Shown here piece after piece: positions 58,092 through 64,000 of a stretch of 64,000 nt of DNA. The stretch is taken from the NCBI GenBank assembly GCA_964106645.2, contig OZ067043.1; one strand, given 5' to 3'. Origin of the DNA: Podarcis pityusensis (lineage: Eukaryota). Each line of letters begins with the position of its first letter. The stretch's first letter is position 1. The notes beneath the pieces are model-generated. The model did no database searches. It was not told the DNA's origin and was given only the letters and a program-made list of their open reading frames with translations. The position numbers and the translations under genes were made by a program.

Positions 58092-59189
58092 TGCATATTT
58101 TAATTGGAGAACAGACTCTGGGAAAGTAGTTGTTTTGGCTCAGCATTTAGCTGATAAGGAATGTTTAGCTGCCTCATCTTGCCTGAAGTATGGTGATAGA
58201 CCATGAGGATTCCCTGGGAACCTTTGTTGTTTTTAATTTATTTTTGCTTTTAACTTTTTAGTTTTTTAAAATGATTTTACTGTGTAGTTTTATGTTTTTA
58301 TATAAACTGTTGGAATATATATTTTGATACAGTGGTATATAAATATTTTTTATAAATAATAATTCAAAAAACAAAATGCTGATGGTCCAGAAAAGCTGAA
58401 AGGTGATCAGTAAGGAAATTCTTTCCAAGTGTAACTAAGCCTCTGCTGCATGCTTGTCCTCCAGAACAATATGAATTTCTAAAATAGTATATTACTGCAC
58501 ATCACGCAGCATATGAAAAAAGGAACTGTGCCAGTTTTGAGTATTAGCATTGCCCTTTTAATCTCCCCACACCCCCATACACAGGCAGCATTGGGCCATT
58601 ATTCCTCAGAATTCTTGCGACTAACTGCTTTAATACTGCCTTGGTCCAAAAGAGGCCATTATACTCTTTAGTACTTAAGGAGTATCCTGCAGCTGAAGTA
58701 CAAGAGGTTTCATATGGGGGAAGGTTGCCTATCTGAAGGTGTCTGTCTGCCTACTCATGAAAATAATGATTTTGATGTGGAGTGTTTTTAAACAAGCTAC
58801 CTCCCAAGTGAAGTTGACATGGTACAAGAGGTGAGAGGACTTCACCATGTAGCCTCAGTGGATAGAAGTGCCTTTTACTGACTGACTGGTTCAACAGCTG
58901 TGGTCATTCCTGGACTTTTTCAGTACTTGCCACAGTAGCTGCTTTTAGTACTGTACAGTACATTGCAACATGAATGCTCCAGGAGTGAGACTTTTGTTAG
59001 AATATAACACCTGTGCTCAGAGATCTGCACCGGCTGCCAATTTGCTCCTAGGCCAAGTTCAAGGTGTTACTATTAGTATATAAAGCCCTTAACAACTTGG
59101 GACATGTTTATTTATGGGATCGCCTTACCTTACATGTGTCCACTCAACCACTTTCATCAGTGGAATTGGTACTACCTACAGGTGCCACA

Positions 59190-59564
59190 GGGACGCGCGT
59201 GGCGCTGTGGGTTAAACCACAGAGCCTAGGACTTGCCAATCAGAAGGTCGGCGGTTTGAATCCCAGCAATGGGGTGAGCTCCCATTGTTCGGTCCCTGCT
59301 CCTGCCAACCTAGCAGTTTGAAAGCACATCAAATTGCAAGTAGATAAATAGGTACCGCTCCGGCGGGAAGGTAAACGGTGTTTCCGTGTGCTGCTCTGGT
59401 TCGCCAGAAGCGGCTTAGTCATGCTGGCCGCATGACCCGGAAGCTGTCTGCGGACAAACTCCGGCTCTCTCGGCCTATAGAGAGAGATGAGCGCGCAACC
59501 CCAGAGTCATTCATGACTGGACCTAATGGTCAGGATTCCCTTTACCTTTACCTTTACCTTTACC
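59190..59564 (+). mobile_element. Sauria SINE, full length, nested in an L2-type relic (about 58980-59890)
   Basis: 9-bp TSD GGTGCCACA (59181-59189 and 59565-59573). Confidence 0.92.
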
Positions 59565-60681
59565 GGTGCCACATAATACCTGTTTTGCATTTGTAAGAAC
59601 TTGATAATTTAGTGTAGCAGTTCCTGAACTTTGGAACTCCCTGTCTATTGAGATCAAGCAGGCAGCCTTCACTGTACTGTACTATTTTTGACACCTGCTA
59701 AAAACATTTATGTTTAGACAGACCTACCCAGATGCTTAGAAAGTTGGGATAGTTTTAATCTGTTTTAGTATTTTAACTTTTGAATGTTTTAAAGTATGGT
59801 TGTGAATCTTTCTTGATTTTACTGTTTTATCTTTTGTAAACTGCTTTCAGGGTCTTTTTTTACAATCAAGCAGTGTATAAATTTTATCAAGTAAATATAG
59901 TCAATTCATGCACGTTACAACTTGCCATTAGTACACTGGATCACAAGCCAGGATAGAACCAGAGCAGTCCTTTACTGATGGCATCAGCTTTGTTAGGACA
60001 CTTGAGAGTTAACAAGTTTAATCAGAAAGGCTTTCACACCATGTCAAGATCCTGTTGCAAGCAATGTGAGTTTACTTGCTGTTTTTCAAGTTGTCTGTAG
60101 GAAGATGAGGAATGTGCAGTCTTTGCTAGAACAAATATCCCAAGCCACAAAAATGAAAAAAAATATTTTGTTCAAATAGGCAAAAAACAATGCACAGATA
60201 TGACCTCCAGCTTTTCTGCATGCTAGAAAACTGGTTCATCTTACTCAAGTGTTTCAGGCAGCTGGTTTGCTGAGCTGTAGATCAAAATATCAGTCTTTTA
60301 AGGCAGGGTTAATAGTTTGACTGAGAACAATTCCAGAAATGCAAAACCTCTAACCCAGCCATTTATCTATTTGAAACATGAGATTCTATGGGTGGAGTCT
60401 AGCTTTCTTTTAAATAGTCTGCTGTATAATTCAAGGCAACCATATAGCTATCTGTAAGCAATTGCATCAGACACTGCAACCCAATGTTATTAAAATGGAG
60501 ATGAAGGAGTTTGTGCTAATGGAAGACAAGAAGTATTCAGAACCCACACAAAAAAATGGGAAACATTTTGTTTAAAAACAAGTATATACTTGCAAATCCT
60601 ATTTCACTAGAGCTAACAGAGCAATGGGTTGAATGTTTACACGCGGAAGGATAAGGCACAGTAGAACATGGCTGCTTAAGG

Positions 60682-62996
60682 CAGAAGTTCTCTCAAACTT
60701 TCTACTCACAGGGCCCACTTGAGATGGCTAAAATTTATTAAGGCCCATTAGTCTCAAAATGGTGGTACAGAGGTAGAGCACAAAATGGAGATAAAATTTG
60801 ACATAATCAGGTAGGAATTGCTGACATTACTTTCTAATGATATCTGTTCCATCTTTGGAAATTGCTAAGTTCTTCATCACAAAATTTTGCTTGTGTCAAG
60901 GAGTTCCATAGTTCAGCTTTCCTCAAGCTAAGTACAGAGGTTTGCTGTAGAGGTATATATCCAGATATTTTTACTCATGTCCTGTAATTTCTTCCATACG
61001 CTTTTTAAACTAAATTTTTACCTAATTCCCAGCCCAAATTTATTTCATTAATCATCATTGGTCCTTTTGCATTCACTTGTTCCTCCTATAAAAGCTTTTA
61101 CACTATCTGGCTAGGTCACTTTCCAGTTCATATGAGGAAGCTGTTTTTCCATGTCCCCAGGGTCAGAAAAGAGACATCTGCCCATAGATATCAATGGAAA
61201 TTAAATATTTTTATGTAGATGGAATTAAATAATTTAATGTAGTGTGCCCACATTCACAGTCTCCCCCCATGCTGACGGACTGTTGGGGAGTGGGAAGAAT
61301 TAGGGCTGTGGAATGGGGAGTTTGGGACCTTCAATAGAAGCATTGCAACATTTTGTTGCAAGAGCTCACTTGCCTATATAGTAGTAGCTGTATGTTGTCC
61401 ATGGCTTGAGCAGATTTGGCTACAAAAGTAAGGGAAAGCTTGAATTAGTATTGGCAGACTCAAGGTTAGTTTGTTATTTTTAAGTGTCCTAAGGGACAGC
61501 TTCCCAAATACATCCATACGTTAAATTGTTTAATTTCTGCATCTGGGAATGACATAGAAACCCCTCAAAATGTTGACTGACGGTTAGAGGAGGATGAGAA
61601 AAATGGTGGGCAGGGTGTGGAACGGTGTTAGTCATTTTAAAATATTTTTCTGTTGCCTTTCATTTAAAAACCACAAAGTGATGTACAGCACAAGGTAAAA
61701 ACTGGAATATTAGCATCCATACAATAATCTCTTTAAAAAAGGGAAAACAGGGAAAACAGTAATCGAAAGCAAACAAATTAAGAAGAGATTGGTATTAACT
61801 GCCGGCAAAGGCTTGGAAGAATAAATGAGATTTCAGCAGGTGCATAAATATAATCAGTGTGAGTGCCTGCCATAACTCAGAGGAGAGATGATTCCATTAA
61901 GAGGCCACCATAGTAGAAAAGCCCCACCTCGTTACTACAAGATGGATCCCTGCTGATGACTGTGCAACCATACTGCCCATACTGCTTCACTACTTTTATT
62001 AGCTGTGTGAGATTACTACACCAATAGATAGATTCCCAAAAAGAACAGTAGCAAGAATTTCTATATATACAGGTGTAGAATAGATGCTTGGTTGGGAAGC
62101 CCCAGTTTTTTTAGAAAGGGAGGTCGGAGGTTCTCCAACTTCTTAACACAAGGGCCTGCTTGAGACTGCTGAAAATTACTGGGAGTCACAAAATGGTGAA
62201 GGGGCAGAGCCAATCACAAAATGGTGGTACAGTACATGGAGGCAGAGTTTGGCATAATTAGCTGCCAATTACTGACATATTCTACTAATATATAATTCAT
62301 AACTGGGAATTGCTAAATTCATTGTCAAAATGTTTTGCTTGTGGCAAGGAGTTCCATAGCTTAGCTTTCCTCAACCTAAGTACAAAATTTGGTCTGGAGG
62401 TATTGTGAGTCAGCACCTACATTTTAGGCAAAATATTCTAATCCAGAGGTTCCAAGTGCAGAAGCCTTTTAAAAATATTTTTTCTCTTTCCGGCACCACA
62501 TAGCTCTGAATGCCCCCCCCCCCAATATTCTGTAATTCCTCCCCCCCCCACATTCTTCTTTCTCAGTCAACTTGTGCCTTATTCCTACTCCCCTGCCCCC
62601 CACCCAACCCCTGCTGCTCCCCACCCAACCCCTGTTTGTTTCTTTTATCCTTTCTCACTGGGCCTTTTTATATTCACTTATAACAGGTTCCCTCTCTTTT
62701 CCCATTCATTTCTTTTCCCTGTTTATTATTATTAGTAATATATTATTTCATTTTTTAATTTGCTTCAACACCACCTCTTGCCCTTTTCTCTCAGAGGAGG
62801 GAGACCTTACTTCCCTTCCCCTCTTTTCCAGGCCACCTTTACTCAGCATGCAAGAAGATGCTGTTGCTGGCATTGCTCCTACTAGAAGGCTATAGCATGG
62901 CTGGAAGGCATGGCAGACAAATAAGGAGGCACTGCCTTGGCACAGAAGCCCATCTGAAAGTCTTGGCCCAGGGCCCACTCTTTGAAAAACACTGGT
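60682..62996 (+). repeat. Two diverged direct copies of an old hAT-like element (about 60682-60960 and 62124-62996)
   Basis: Shared CAAAATGGTGGTACAG...CAAGGAGTTCCATAG.T.AGCTTTCCTCAA.CTAAGTACA blocks. Confidence 0.55.
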
Positions 62997-64000
62997 CTAA
63001 ATTGCTTGAGAAACACTGAAGGAGAGATAACAGGATGCATCCTGATCGCTGTCATATCACCTAACAGTACCCTTGCAGCTATAGGCTAGAAAGGCTATTA
63101 TTACCCCTCAAGGTGATTTGCATAGCTGAAGGCCAGTTGGCATTGTTATTCCATTTACCCATTATTTCCCCCCAGTTCACTAGCCTGGATGGTTTGCCAA
63201 CATCCTCCATATACCCTTTGCTTGCTTGTTAATTCATATGTTTAGAAAACTTTAATCAGAAGGTAAGCTTTCAATACTAGGTAAGACTGTTTTGTATCTC
63301 ATGTTTTATTTCTAATTTCTGTTATGCAAAATACTTGTTTCATATAGTACCTGAGCACCTTCTCTTTGGGGAATTTTTTTTTTTATTACTTGCATGATGC
63401 TAAAAAAAATATTCTGAACTACTTTACTAATGTAGACCCTTGAAATGTGCATAGGCCAGTAATACTACCAGTGAAGGCATATATCTTTTTCCAGTTACTT
63501 TTGAAATACAGTCTTCTGTCTGTCAACCTTGTGGACATATTCTTCTCTCCCCCATTTCAGAAACATGTATGCTGCTCCAGTCTCCTATCTGGTACAGTGA
63601 ACCATCTGCAACAGCTCTCTGACTCCTTTGTAGTATGCATAGTTGAGCAGCCTACTTCTGTATGCATCTATTTTTCCTTTTCATATAGCTCATGTTGCCT
63701 GTTTTCTTCTACACAGCTTTTTCCTTTCTGCCTGAACATGTCTCAGCAATTACTGTTTTTATGTCTTGTGGACAGAAAAGCATCTTCTTTTGTCTGTGTC
63801 AGGCACTGGCTGCTCTTTAGGGAGAGCTCTTATTTGTAGTGTTGTGGGCCATAAGTACCATGTGTGGCATTTTCTGGGAGCAACTCTCCCTCCCTTCTGC
63901 CTTATGGGTAATAATGCACTCTCTCTGAGGCAATCTGTAAAGAGAAGAATTGAGGGAAAGTGCCATGTTTCTAGAGTTTTCTACTGGCTTGTGGTTGATT

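Overview
This is vertebrate genomic DNA, almost certainly from a lacertid lizard, judged by its Sauria SINEs, BovB/RTE, CR1, L2 and lacertid-type MITEs. The only complete protein-coding gene is an 11-exon, minus-strand TRAM-family (TLC-domain ER translocon) gene. Its CDS spans 28373-46565 (1113 nt, 370 aa, all introns GT-AG, C-terminal KxKxx). It mixes TRAM1- and TRAM2-diagnostic residues and is probably a third paralogue. Downstream on the same strand, a CpG island at about 17.0-18.3 kb carries a non-coding first exon that resembles, from memory, NCOA3 exon 1, so 1-17.8 kb is probably its intron 1. An orphan CpG island lies at about 21.1-21.8 kb. The most interesting non-genic structures are: (1) three Penelope-like terminal fragments carrying minimal hammerhead-ribozyme motifs, one with an intact core; (2) a TSD-bounded non-autonomous RTE element with a decayed HDV-like fold; (3) a MITE with an internal array of 12 GC-rich hairpin units in TRAM intron 1; (4) a MITE duplicated together with its flank; (5) many nested insertions. 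No prokaryote-type systems such as CRISPR are present. All family assignments are from pattern recognition; no searches were run.
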